DNA from: Eledone cirrhosa
Lineage: Eukaryota
NCBI GenBank assembly: GCA_964016885.1
Contig: OZ024747.1
Span: 81,592,001 to 81,656,000 of the forward strand
Direction of reading: 5' to 3'
DNA: 64,000 bases
Below the pieces are notes generated by a model, which saw only the letters and a program-made list of their open reading frames with translations, was not told the origin of the DNA and searched no databases. A program made the translations under genes and the position numbers. Positions 1 to 12,198 of this stretch are shown here, piece by piece; the stretch's first letter is position 1, and every line of letters starts with the position of its first letter.

Positions 1-1569
1 TTCAAACAAACTTGCCCCCTCCCCTCCTAATTACCATGTTCTATTTTCCTCTATGCCTCTCTCACATTCCATATTCTTTTCATGCTGATGAAAGACTAAC
101 ATCCAAAATGTAGAAAACAAAGAGATTCATTTATTTTTAAACAAACTGATTTGAGATCTTGAGCAAACAAATTATTTAACATTTGGCATTTATAAAACAT
201 AGATTTATATTTTAGTTTTTCAGCTATGACTCTAAATTCTCTTTTCTTCTGATGTAGTAGAGGTTAAGGTTTTAAATTTTGTACTTTCCTAATTTCTCCA
301 TGTTTTTCCAGTGTTTTGTGAATGCTTTATCCATATTACAGATCATAAATACTAGAAACTATGAAATGTTTCTTTGCGGGAATGAAATTATATGTTTATA
401 AGTTACAAACCTACCTTGGTCCAATATATTTGATGTATCTTAATTATGTAGCTTCAGCTCCTTGCGATAAATTAACAAAATCATTGTTGACACCGAGAAC
501 AGGAAATTTAGAGCCTTGTACAGCATATATACATACCATGACTGAATACCTTTTAAGTAATCTGCTATTATTTCATTTACTATATCCAAGTCTAGGTTGA
601 AAATCTTTTACATTTGTGTGACTTTGTGTGTGTGTGTATATTTATGTATGTATGTATGTTCGCATGTATATATGTATGTATGTTTGTGGGAATTTATGTC
701 CATAATTCGTGTATTTTGAAAGTATTTCTTGTATTTAATAAAGGCATTTTCCCTGCCATTTTTAGTGAGATTTATGCCTATGTAAGAAATCATTATTTTC
801 ATTATTGTTATTAAATTATGTAGCTGTAGTTATTTTTCATAGTCATCATGGTTTTTCTGTATTAATAACAAATATATAATCATGTAGTGCAATATGTTAT
901 GTTTTCTCTTTTCAAATCAAATACTTCAAGATTTATTACATTTGTAACAGTGGACAATTTTCTTTGTTTATGTTTTCTATTAAATATCACTAAATCTAGA
1001 GTGGATGATTAGAAATGTAGGATATTATTATTTAATGGTCCTATGCAATATTTGCAATCAAATTTAATTGGTTTTCGATATGAGTTAGGCTACTGGCTGA
1101 TATGAATATATTTTGTTTTTGAAGTGAATCTATTGGGTTGTTTAGTTGTTAGAAATTACACATTTACTAGCTATACTGAAATGCCACTAGCATCTCTAGT
1201 AAATATGAAGTACTAATATTACTTCTCAGGTGAGCATTTAGCATTAAAAAGTAGCTTTTAGCAAAAAAATAATAATTAAAATCTTGCTTCAAAACATCAT
1301 ATATATGCAAATAGATAGAACTTGGTAAAGCTATTCAACCTCTACTATAAAATGGAATATCAGAGTAAAACTTTCAAGGAAAATGTATTACCCAGCTATC
1401 TGCATCAAAATGTTGTTTGTATTGAGCAAATCTATGACGCAAAAGTCATCATTATCCTATTTCAAGCCTGTTTCTCTATGCTAGAATGGGTTGGAGAGTA
1501 AGTGATCAAATACTCTTGAATGACCTTCATCACAAGTGTGCATATTATGCATACAATATCATGCAGCAT

Positions 1570-1807
1570 TTAACCTTTTCATGACTATTTCTAATTAAAT
1601 AATTTCTATTTCAATCGAGTCAAGAAGCATTTTGGGCAATTTATTCAAATCATTATTTATTTCATTACTAATGTATTAACTTAACATATGGTTCTTATCT
1701 AAAATTATGTTGGAGGTTTTGAATTTAAATAGGAACTTTTTAAAATTGTTGATTTCATTTCAGAGAACCAGAACCAATTTTGGGAGGGTTAGTACTAAAA
1801 GTGTTAA
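1570..1807. mobile_element. TTAA-flanked MITE (piggyBac-like non-autonomous element), degraded
   Basis: TTAA-CCTTTT...AAAAGTG-TTAA ends; related internal sequence recurs near 12870-13100, 34870-35112, 40030-40210, 50106-50327 and 60960-61230. Confidence 0.55.
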
Positions 1808-2571
1808 TAACATATATTTCACTAGATTCTGAACATGAGCCGGCTAGTTTGATGTCCACTTGATATATGTAGTAATTGATGTAAGGGCTGAATTTTTTTT
1901 ATTAATTTACTCACATCAAGCAAGGCAATAAAATCACTAAAATGAAAGGGGTTACTGCGAAAGAAAAAGAAAAAGAGAGAGAGAGATTATAATTCAAGGA
2001 GAGAGATGATGATGATTGATGTTGCTTTTGAATTTTACAAATTGTAGAGGCCAGAAAAGTAAGAAGCCACATGAAAATTCCATAAACAAGATGTGTAAGG
2101 ATAGAAACTATCAGAATAGAATTTGTGATTACATGTAATATGTTGCTCTTGTTGTCTAACCCCAGGTCAGCACTGATCTAACAATTATTTGGTAAGCAGT
2201 TAGTTAAAAACACAACAAAGAATGACCTATAGATCCATCTTCCTAATTATACCATGTCTCCAGCTAGTTGAAGACAATATTATATACTCTAACACAGCCA
2301 GTTATGAAGCATATGAAATGCAACATGGCAGTTTGACCATATTGGTGTCTTCCCTATCCCAGCTATTTATTAAGCTCATAGATTCTGGGTATAGCCACAG
2401 TAGACAGTGCCAAAGTGAATTGGATCATAGAGTAACAACTGTTGTTTCTCTGCATATATTGTTTGTGGTGTGTAATCCTGCACAGTATTTTATATCAATG
2501 GTGCTATTGATGTTGCAGCTATTTCTGAGTATAAGTCTTCGTCACATTTGTCTGGCCTGATTAGGATAGTT

Positions 2572-5160
2572 CATTATCATCATCATCATCATCACCGTTT
2601 TACGTCCGTTCTTCCACGCTAGCATGGGTTAGACGGGTTGTCCTGTTGTGGGCAGTGTCTGGTCGGCTGACCATGCCTTGCTCATACAGGAACTGATCTG
2701 GCTTGATTTCTACAGCTGGATGCCCTTCCTAACACCAACCTCATTTACAGTGAGTGCTGGGTGCTTTTTCGTGGCGCCTACACGTCCACTTTACAGTGTG
2801 GGCTGGGTGCTTTTTTGCCGTGGCACCTCCACGACCACCTTGCGGTGGGGGGGGGGGGGGCATATTGTTTATATGCTTCAGCATGTACCCATGGGAGGTC
2901 GGGTACCCTGTATTACTGCGTGACGCCAGAAGTCACGGTCGTGTGTCATTGACTTTGAGAGGTGTAGTTGGGTAAGGTCGGCTCTTATCACCTCATCCCA
3001 AGTCATCTTGGGTCTCCCCACTCCGCGGTTTCCATCAACTTCTAGTGCTCTGCACCTTTTTATGCAGCTGTCATCCTTCATACGCATCACATGTCCATAC
3101 CAGCGTAACCGCCTCTCCTGCACGCAGCATTTGATTCCTCTTATGCTCAGTCTCTCTCTCAATTCATTTATGCTTTGTCGTTCACGTATATTACTGTTAC
3201 ACATCCATCGGAGCATGCAGGCTTCGTTTCTCTCTAATCTACGTAAGTCTTCCACCTTCAGCGCCCAGGTCTCACTACCATGCAACATCGCTGTTCGGAT
3301 ACACGCATCATACAGTCTGCCTTTCATTCTGAGGGAGAAGCCTTTTGCAGCTAGCAGTGGTAGTAGTTCCCTAAACTTCTTCCATCCCGTTCTTACCCTA
3401 GTTATTGTACTTTCTGAGCACCCACCTCCGTTGCTAATTCGGTCACCTAGGTAGCAGAAGCTGTCTACTGTTTCTACAGGGCCCTCCCAGAGATTGGTGG
3501 TACTTGTTTCCTGTGGCTGTTTGCTTGCTGTTTCAGCACAGCTGCTGCATGTGAATCCTACATTCTTAATTAAGCTTCCTGAGATCCCGCTACATCTCTT
3601 GTGTACCCATTGTTTGCATTTGGGGCAAAGAATGGAGTTCCTACCTACACCTTTCCTACATACTGAGCAAGGCCATTTCCCTGAGGGGATCTGGGTTCTG
3701 TTTTCTCGTCTACTTACAAGGACCTTAGTCTTTGTCATGTTGACTTTGAGGCCCTTTCTCTCTAGTCCCTGCTTCCAGGTTTGGAATTTATTCTCTAGTT
3801 CTACCATAGATTCAGCTATGAGTGCGAGGTCATCAGCATACAGGAGTTCCCATGGGCATCCGGTCTTAAACTCCTCCGTTATTGCCTGCAGGACTATGAT
3901 GAACAGGAGAGGGCTAAGAACAGAGCCCTGGTGGACCCCAACCTGTACGCTAAATTCCTCGCTATACTCATTGCCAATCCTAACTTTGCTGACTGCTCCC
4001 CTATACATGGCTTGTACCGCTTTCACAAGCCATTCATCTACTCCTAGTTTTCTAAGAGCCCACCAGATTACTGCACGTGGAACTCTGTCAAAGGCTTTCT
4101 CAAGGTCGACAAATGCCAAGTAGAGTGGCTTACTTTTAGCTAGGTACTTTTCCTGTAATTGCCTCACAAGGAAGAGCGCATCAGTGGTGCCTTTCCCTGG
4201 AACAAACCCAAATTGCATCTCGTCTATATTCACCCGGTCCCTAATCAGCTGTGCTATAACTCTTTCTGTTACTTTCATGACCTGGTCCATCAACTTTATA
4301 CCTCTATAGTTTCCTCTATCTAGTGCATCGCCTTTACCTTTGTAGCAGTTGACAATGATGCTACTGCACCAATCTTTTGGTATGGCCCCCTCTAGTATTA
4401 CCTGGTTAACGATACGTGTGGTTATAGTGTGACCTACAGACCCAGATGCCTTCAGCATCTCGGCAGCTATACCCGATGGACCGGTTGCCTTCCCTATCTT
4501 CATATCTCTGATTGCCTTACTTACTACGCTGCCGCTGACTTGTACTGCTGGTCCCTCTATAGGGTCTACGTGGGGTAGGGTCTCTTCTTCCCATGCATTC
4601 TCCTCATTTAGTAATCTATCATAATGACTCTTCCATGCATCTTTCTTCTCAGCACTTGTGAGGGCAAGCTCACCTTTATCATTCCGGATACACTTCTCTC
4701 CAATGACATCACAACTATCTCTGACACACTGCCTCGCAATCTTGAATACCTCCTGTTTCTGGTCCTCACGTTGTAAAACATGCTTGAATTTTCTATCCTC
4801 TGCTTCCCTCCTAGCTAAGTATACTTGTCGCCTAGCTTCCCTCTTGGTCTCTATGTAATGTACCCTGCTCCCCCCGTTCTTCCATTCTTTCCATGCCTGT
4901 CTCTTGGCCTTGACTGCTTCATCTACCTTATTGTTCCACCACCAAGTCACTCTCCTCCTGCTTGAGGTCTTACTCCAGCCACAAACCTCATCCGTCGCCT
5001 CTAGTAAGTTATTTTTTAGGAACTCCCAGTTCTCTTCTACGTTAAATGTCTCTATCTGTTCTTCTTTACTGTCGTAGGCGTTGAGTAAAATATCTTTAAA
5101 TCTGTTACTGGTTGAGGGGACTTTCAGCTTCCAGATCTTTCTTCTCCAGGTTGGCCTCAT
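2572..5160 (-). mobile_element. RTE-clade LINE, young subfamily A, 5'-truncated, with 3' UTR and (ATG)n tail
   Basis: Uninterrupted ORF with RT motifs; 3' end reads GGACGTAAAACGG(TGA)n on the minus strand (catcatcat at 2572-2594); no APE endonuclease domain; possible short TSD/microhomology tcatt (2571-2575 and 5157-5161). Confidence 0.95.
2878..5160 (-). CDS. Non-LTR retrotransposon reverse transcriptase (RTE clade), N-terminally truncated, with internal PHD-like zinc finger
   Basis: [74 protein letters not shown] motifs in a 760-aa ORF. Confidence 0.93.
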   Translation of the reverse strand: MRPTWRRKIWKLKVPSTSNRFKDILLNAYDSKEEQIETFNVEENWEFLKNNLLEATDEVCGWSKTSSRRRVTWWWNNKVDEAVKAKRQAWKEWKNGGSRVHYIETKREARRQVYLARREAEDRKFKHVLQREDQKQEVFKIARQCVRDSCDVIGEKCIRNDKGELALTSAEKKDAWKSHYDRLLNEENAWEEETLPHVDPIEGPAVQVSGSVVSKAIRDMKIGKATGPSGIAAEMLKASGSVGHTITTRIVNQVILEGAIPKDWCSSIIVNCYKGKGDALDRGNYRGIKLMDQVMKVTERVIAQLIRDRVNIDEMQFGFVPGKGTTDALFLVRQLQEKYLAKSKPLYLAFVDLEKAFDRVPRAVIWWALRKLGVDEWLVKAVQAMYRGAVSKVRIGNEYSEEFSVQVGVHQGSVLSPLLFIIVLQAITEEFKTGCPWELLYADDLALIAESMVELENKFQTWKQGLERKGLKVNMTKTKVLVSRRENRTQIPSGKWPCSVCRKGVGRNSILCPKCKQWVHKRCSGISGSLIKNVGFTCSSCAETASKQPQETSTTNLWEGPVETVDSFCYLGDRISNGGGCSESTITRVRTGWKKFRELLPLLAAKGFSLRMKGRLYDACIRTAMLHGSETWALKVEDLRRLERNEACMLRWMCNSNIRERQSINELRERLSIRGIKCCVQERRLRWYGHVMRMKDDSCIKRCRALEVDGNRGVGRPKMTWDEVIRADLTQLHLSKSMTHDRDFWRHAVIQGTRPPMGTC

Positions 5161-5289
5161 TCAATCTGAAAATATTGAAGAGATAAGACACTTTGCCATT
5201 CTTCTCTGCTAAAATGTACCAGTAGAGCTGATTCAAATTTTCCCAGCCAGCCATCCACCTAATCTACGAAGGTATTTTAGCCTACATAT

Positions 5290-5595
5290 TGTCGTTAATA
5301 TTATGATGTTCCCTGCTGTATTAGCGTTAAATTTTCCCTGCTGTATTAGCGATAAATTTTCGAGGGTTTCTCTTAGTAGCTTTTTCATGTCGTTAATATT
5401 ATGATGTTCCCTGCTGTATTAGCGTTAAATTTTCCCTGCTGTATTAGCGATAAATTTTCGAGGGTTTCTCTTAGTAGCTTTTTCATGTCGTTAATATTAT
5501 GATGTTCCCTGCTGTATTAGCGTTAAATTTTCCCTGCTGTATTAGCGATAAATTTTCGAGGGTTTCTCTTAGTAGCTTTTTTCATGACGTTATTA
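5290..5595. repeat. Tandem repeat, three copies of a 98-bp unit containing an internal ~24-bp duplication
   Basis: gtcgttaatattatg starts at 5291, 5389 and 5487; ttccctgctgtattagcg occurs twice per unit. Confidence 0.95.
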
Positions 5596-7331
5596 TTGTT
5601 AATTTTACTGATGTAGTATTAACTTATTAACTTGGATATTTACCATGCGGTATTCTAATCCTATTGTATCTCTCTCAGTTCCTACCCCCCCCCCCCCCCC
5701 TCTATGCACTTCTTTAAGGCTTACTACCCTGTCTTATGTTGCAACAAATCAAAACTCTTTGAAGAACAAGGTGGTGGTTTATTTTTTCCAATTTTTTTGT
5801 CTTCATATGCAGATAGACTGTAGGTGTGTTGTATGTATCGCCTGTTATGATGTGTAATATTGCTCTTATGTCACCCCAAAACCTCCTTAACACATTGTTT
5901 TCTACTTTCTCCTCAGAACCAAAACCTTGAGGTTTTTTTTTATGTTGGCTATAATTTGAAGAAGATATTCAAACTACACAACTACATTGGTCTGTCCAGA
6001 CCAGAAAGCCTGAAAAGGGCATAGTTACTATTTCTTCTCTGTCTAACCAAAACAAGAAAATTTTATATACCTAATTCAAATATATTTAAATATATATTAA
6101 AAATTATTTTACAGCCTATCTTTGTATTTTGTGTTTTAGTAAGAGAGAAAATAAGGTCACTTTTAAAAGATATATTTGTTGCTAATGTATCTAAGTGTTT
6201 ACAAGAATTGGGCATTTGTATTTTCTAAACAGAAGTTAAGGAAGTAACGTAAATAGGTATGACAAGGATAGAAAAATAAACAGAAAGATGTATTGATATA
6301 CATAATGAAACAGAGATATTGCAGTGTTTATGTGTGAGTATGTGTGTAAATATAGTTTTAGCGTAGGCATATATTTCTATGAATGGGAACAAGTCTAGAT
6401 GTATGATTGTGTGTCTATTTTTTAGTAAAGGAAAGCAGGTGTATTTATCTAGTGTATATGGTTGAGATATTTTCTTGTATTTCCTATCTCAGTTGATGAA
6501 AATAATAAATAGCTGGCATGCATTGTGCATAGTTAGGTCATTGTCTATATTTCTGTATTCAATTCTCAATAGAATCTGTTGGTTTTCATTTCTCCGGAGA
6601 GTATTTATTTAACTATAACCTTCATTCGTTCAGAAAATCAGCCTTAAAAAGTTGTTTGTTATTAAATTGAAAATATATATGCACAGCTGAATGTTTAGGG
6701 GGAACTTTCATCTGCATTTTTTAAGTTAATGCTCATATGTACATATATGTGTTGACACATAAAATGGCACTGATGTCAAATACACACATAAATGCATACG
6801 CACATACATATCCTTATATACACACATAACATATATACATATGTGTGTATGAAATTTTGCATTATATTTGGGAAGGTATCTAAAAAAAACTTAGTGCTTA
6901 TATCATTATATAATTTGGGGGTTTGGAAATTGGTCTGCTTGCTGTATACCGGAATGAACATGTTTATGTTTATAAGTACAGATATAACAGATGAAAATAT
7001 TCCCACACACATAATAGTGTGATTGAAAGATGTGTAGGGTTACATGTTCACATGTAGTATCAAGTGATAGAGCTTTTCTTTTACATTTTCTTTTTTTTAC
7101 CTCATCTGCACATTCCAAATGTCCCTCTTGTTTTCTAGCATAAGTAGAATAATACATTTCAGATGCAACAACAAAGCAGCAATTGCAAATAGCACATGCA
7201 CTTTCAATCATTATAATGGAATACTGACTTCAGGAAACTGGCTGTATGTATCTGAATATATATATGTATGTGTGAGTATATATGTATTTGGGTAAGTGTG
7301 CCTATATGTATGTGTGTATATATATATATAT

Positions 7332-7470
7332 GAGTCAGGAACTAGGTGTTGAAACTGCAAGAGCTCAGCCGTTGTCTCCCAACCCTTTATAATATAACCA
7401 TACTCTACTACCCAAAGTATTGAGTACTCTGTTGAGTAATGGTCTAACCTTTCAAACTGAATCCAGCCTC
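7332..7470 (+). mobile_element. Penelope-like/hammerhead-associated repeat fragment (3' half of a hammerhead plus tail)
   Basis: Aligns by eye with 63870-63980 and 32850-32890(-); GAAAC-tgc...gcc-GTT followed by GTATTGAGTACTC (7417-7429); flanked by TA runs. Confidence 0.55.
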
Positions 7471-8199
7471 ATTTATATATATATAAGGACAGACAAAGGC
7501 TTCAAGAATATCATCTTTGTCCGTTCCCTTATCATCTTAATTTAGATTGCCTCGAGAACGTAACCTTATGTAAGAAGCTGTCTGATGAAATCATGGCACT
7601 GGATACGCAGAATCATGTGGCCACTGTTTTTAATGATAGACAAACTTCTAGATATATTAAAGATGGAAAATGTCACCAGGAAACTATCTATATTCACAAA
7701 AACTGAATCTCCTCCACTGATAACTAGGAAACTGTAGTCAGTATTAATAGAGTCTCTGTTCTATGTTTGGAATGGACACCTTTTCTCAGTTCTCACAAGT
7801 ATATTCAGTCTCTAAAACACCAAAATAAACAATATGTAATGGTGTATCACTGAACATAAACTTTTCCTTAATATAGATACAGCAGAAACAGCACGCTTCA
7901 CAAGGCCTTGAATTTTACTAATATTATTCACAAATTCAATCCAATTGCCAATATTTTAAATTTCAATATTCATAATAACTGTTACATTAACTTTATATAA
8001 ACCAATGCTGAACCAACTGTAAATGTTGAAATAGTAAAAAGTGCATTTAATATGGAATCTATTGGAAATAGCTTAATATTAAAACAAAAAAACTGCTAAA
8101 CATCAATTACTACCAAATCAGTATTCATAATGCAGCTCAAAAGCTTTCTATGAAACAAATCTATAATGCTAATAGAATTGTAATTGTATATAGAAAGGT

Positions 8200-8365
8200 G
8201 CTGGTTTGGCTATGTGATTAAATGCTTTGCTTTACAATTATGTGGTTTTGGGCTCTACCATGCTGTGTGGCAATTAGAGAAAATATCTTTTACTACAGCC
8301 TTAGGCTGATCAATGCCTTGCAAGAACAATCCATAGGTGGAAACTGTACAAGATCCTATTGTCTA
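8200..8365 (+). mobile_element. Old tRNA-derived SINE (tggctgtgtggtaa-type head), degraded
   Basis: A-box-like head and shared body with 28010-28140, 55120-55265(-) and 38270-38390(-). Confidence 0.55.
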
Positions 8366-8973
8366 TGTGTGTGTCAGTGTGTGTGTGTTTGTGCATAAGT
8401 GTGTACATGTGTATGTCTATGTGTATTTGTCTCCTAGCCCTTATTTGGTATCACAAATACCAAAGGTGATATTTGTTAATATCCCACATAATTAAAAGTC
8501 TCACTGATCAGTGGTTCAATGTGCAAAGCAAGTTAGGCTTGACATCAGATAGAGTATTCGACCATAGAATACTGCTTCAAAAGTGTCTCTCTGCAAGCAT
8601 GGAATAGTAGACTTGATGATGATGATGATTACAGAATACACATAAAAATGTATATGTATAAAAGATCACTGACCTAGCATTACCCACCTAACATTGCCCA
8701 CAACTCATTTAACCCATGCTAGTGTGGAAAAGGGATGTAAAATGATGACGATGATGATGATAAAAGCAGATACAACATCATACACGTTCACACATGCGGA
8801 TGAACAAACAAAGAAACCCCTACAGAGCCTACTAGAATGGCAGCCATATCTCACTCAAGTTATACCTTATGGTTTTAAAAACACATATTAGATAATAAGG
8901 TCCTGAGTACATTGTCACATAGAAAACATTAGTGTCTACACTAATTAAGAACCAGTGCTGTTTATTTGTTATG

Positions 8974-9330
8974 TACCGTATTTTTTGGCGTCGAAGATGC
9001 TACTTTTTCCCGAAAATAAGTCTAAAAAATCTACGATGCGTCTTGGAGGCCGAAGGTTGTTTATTATTTTAGCAGTATCGGTAGAGGGTCAGACGCCGCC
9101 ATGCTTTGCAGCACAGTTACGTCCCTTTATGAACTGAGTTCAAATCCCGCCGAGGTTAACTTTGCCTTTCATCCTTACGGGGTCGATAAAATAAAGTACC
9201 AGTAATGTACTGGGTAATTGCTGGCCTTGTGCCAAAAGTAGAAACAATTATTTTTTTTTCAAATTTTTGGTTGTCAAAATTAGGGCGTGTCCTTGAGTAT
9301 GAAGCATCTTCAGCGCTGGGAAATATGGTA
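8974..9330. mobile_element. pogo/Tigger-like (Tc1-mariner superfamily) MITE with a nested SINE
   Basis: TA-CCGTATTTTTTGGCGTCGAAGATGC ... GCATCTTCAGCGCTGGGAAATATGG-TA terminal inverted repeats with TA ends. Confidence 0.75.
9071..9250 (+). mobile_element. tRNA-derived SINE with Deu/Nin-like core
   Basis: GGCAGTATCGGTAG-like A box, GAGTTCAAATCC B box, GCCTTTCATCCTTACGGGGTCGATAAAATAAAGTACCAG core. Confidence 0.85.
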
Positions 9331-9846
9331 CCTAAATAGAGATTCTTAAAGTAAATATCAGACTTTAAAATAAAATAAGTACTGGGGTTGATATGATAAA
9401 CAAAGGCCTTGAAGGTGATAGCCGAGCATAGCTGAAATCTTATGACTGAAACCAGTAAATGTATAAATATATATATTGATGCACACAACATTGTCAATCC
9501 ATCCTCCCTGCCTGCACAGTTTTCAACCATTGTTGAGACTACTTTACTAATAGTACTTCTAATACTCAAGAGAAAAGCATAAATGTCTTGCTGATATCAT
9601 TATCGTAATTTTAAAATGTTTTCTATGCTTATTTAGCTTAAGCAGATCAGCAATGCTTCAAATTTATATGCAGAGAGAGACGTGTTATCTTACTTGGGAG
9701 GCTCAATAGACTTAGATATGACAAGATTAAGTCTTATTTTGCCTCCCTTTGCTGTGGCTGTCCTTTACCAATACTTATCAAGTTTTAAATTTTCTTACAT
9801 AATCCACTCGTTAAACTTATCCATACTTTATAATCATCTTAGTTAC

Positions 9847-10715
9847 AATCATCATCATCATGTTTTAACATTTCTTTTCCAAAATTGCATGGGCTAGACG
9901 GTGGTTGTGTTTATAGCAGGTACTTGGAGAATAGTTTCTACAGTTGAATGCCCTTCCTAATGCCAACCACTTTACAGAGTATACTGGAAACATTTTATCA
10001 TGGCACCAGCACAATCACGTTACAGGGTGGACTGAGTGCTTTTTTAGTGCTACCTGTGCTATTTCATTACAGAACTAGGGTGTTTAGTGCAAATAGTCGA
10101 GCTGGGTAGGGGATCATGGTGGTGACCAGCTTCCATTGATAGCCTAAAAGGGAGACATTTATATACTACTTGGCAATGTGGTTAGGTGGGTGGGTACATT
10201 TATAATGTAGTTCACTAAAGAGTGCTCTCAACATTTTTGGCATGATTTCTACATGAGGATGCCCTTCTTATTGCCAACCACCCGACAGGGTGTACTCGGC
10301 ACATTGCTCATGGCAACAACACTAGGAAGGTTGTCAGTCATTGCCTTAAATGTAGAACCCTCTACATCACACAGAGGTGAAGAAGGAGGTCAATAAATAT
10401 GATGTCATGGGCATATGACAAGTGTGGTAGAATTTGATAGGGTAATGAGTAGGAGGGGTGTCCTCTGACAGTAATAGGTGGGTGTTGTGATGGTAGCAGA
10501 TACAAGGCACTATATCATGACTGGTGTGTCAGTATTTTAGAGGGGGTTGTAGTGATGAGAAAATAGCTACTAAATAGCTACTAAGATGTGGTAGAGAAAG
10601 GAAGGGTGTATGAAGATGAACTTTTGTCACTTTTTCTGTGAGGTTCAGCTCCTTAAGGTTGTTCCCTACCTCAACCCATGTCGGAAGTTACTCTCTTCCA
10701 TAACTTCCAGCAACT
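9847..10715 (-). mobile_element. Degraded RTE LINE 3' end(s)
   Basis: catcatcat tail and two copies of the gcccttcctaa-gccaaccac 3' UTR motif. Confidence 0.6.
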
Positions 10716-10924
10716 CAGATATCTATATATGCTTGTATTTATTATTACATTTAAGAATAAAGAATAAGTGAGTATATTCTTGAAAATAGCATTATCTTTA
10801 TATTATTTAGGATTTCACATTTCCCAAAATGATGCAAATAGATAATGAAATTCCTCTTTTCAATCCAGCTTTATTGCTGTCATTAATATTTAAACAATTA
10901 TATATATATACATATATATATAGT

Positions 10925-12198
10925 AATAATAATAAATTTGAAGACTAAAATCCAAAGAGGGCTCGATAAGGATAAATATATATCAGATATATAAGGACCA
11001 TAGAGCAAATATTTATTAAAAAAAACAGATTAAAGTTTAAGCAAAGAATCGCTGCTTTCACCCTTAACGGGATCTTCTGAAATTAAAAAATCAATCTGTG
11101 AATGCAGAAGTAAATATTTCAAACAACGTTGCAACCGAAGGGAGACAGGAAGACGATACTTTGGTTCGTGGAAACGTTCCCTGGCAAAGAACGGGAAAAA
11201 AACGAAGATAATACGTCATTATTTGGTACGGTGAAAACAATTACACGCAAAGACAAAACCACGTTTATGGTATAAATGAAGTCGTAGACTAATATTCTAT
11301 TAGGTGGTTCATGGAGACGTTCTCTGGCAATATGAAAACACTCATATGTAGGGTGTGTGGTACTTTGTGTTTTGGTTGACGTACGTCCGCGAACATATGT
11401 GTATTTACATGTAGGTATGTGTGTGCGCGCGTTATATACGTATTTATGTGTGTATATTTATATACGTTTATTTAATTATGTATACATGCACACACACACA
11501 CATATATATATATATTTTTATATATATTTTTATGTGTATTTGGTGTATACGTTCGTATGTTGCGTGGGTTCTGTATGTGCGTGCGTGTTTTTTTTTAGTT
11601 TTTTTTTTATGTACATGCTTGTATTTGCATACCCATGGCGAGTGTTTTCGCGTATGCTTGTGTATGTACGTATTTGGATGCATGTATGTATATATTTAAT
11701 TTCAATTACCTCTGTATTTTATTTACTTTATTCTTAACTCTGAAGCCGAGAATCATTCGGTTTCCTAAATAGAATTTTAGTCTACGACTTCAGTTATACA
11801 ATTTACATGGTTTTGTCTTTGCGTGTAATTGTTCTCACCGCTCCACATAATGATGCATTATCTTCGTTTTTTCCGTTCATTACCCGAGAACGTCTCCATG
11901 AACCACCTAATAGAATATTAGTCTACGACTTCATTTATACCATAAACGTGGTTTTGTCTTTGCGTGTAATTGTTTTCACCGCACCAAATAATGACGTATT
12001 ATCTACATTTTTTTTTCCGTTTTTTGCCAGGGAACGTTTCCACGAACCAAAGTATCATCTTCCTGTCTTCCTTCGGTTGCAACGTTTTTTGAAATATTTA
12101 TTTCTGCGTTCACAGATTGACTTTTTTAGTTTCAGAAGATCCCGTTACGGGTGAAAGCAGCGATTCTTTGCTTAGACTTTAATCTGTTTTTTTAATAA
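10925..12198. mobile_element. Long palindromic element (arms ~11013-11324 and ~11886-12198) with hammerhead-like cores; Penelope-like inverted-pLTR architecture
   Basis: About 310-bp inverted arms readable directly; internal ~142-bp tandem duplication 11765-12048; TA-run flanks. Confidence 0.8.
12128..12178 (+). ncRNA. Hammerhead-ribozyme-like fold (type I), variant core CAGAAGA
   Basis: agttt-CAGAAGA-t-cccg(tta)cggg-t-GAAA-gca...tgc-TT-agact: stems I, II and III all pair; mirror copy at ~11034-11084 on the minus strand. Confidence 0.5.

Noticed and set aside
3008-4858. Plus-strand ORFs overlapping the RT (similar ones at 44812-46503, 49514-49789 and 59048-60241)
   Set aside because: Antisense shadows of LINE coding sequence with no independent domain signal
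2878-5160. Bacterial-type RT system (retron, DGR, group II intron) or domesticated RT gene
   Set aside because: Motifs, 3' UTR, microsatellite tail and multiple truncated copies identify an RTE LINE; the ATG sits at the truncation junction
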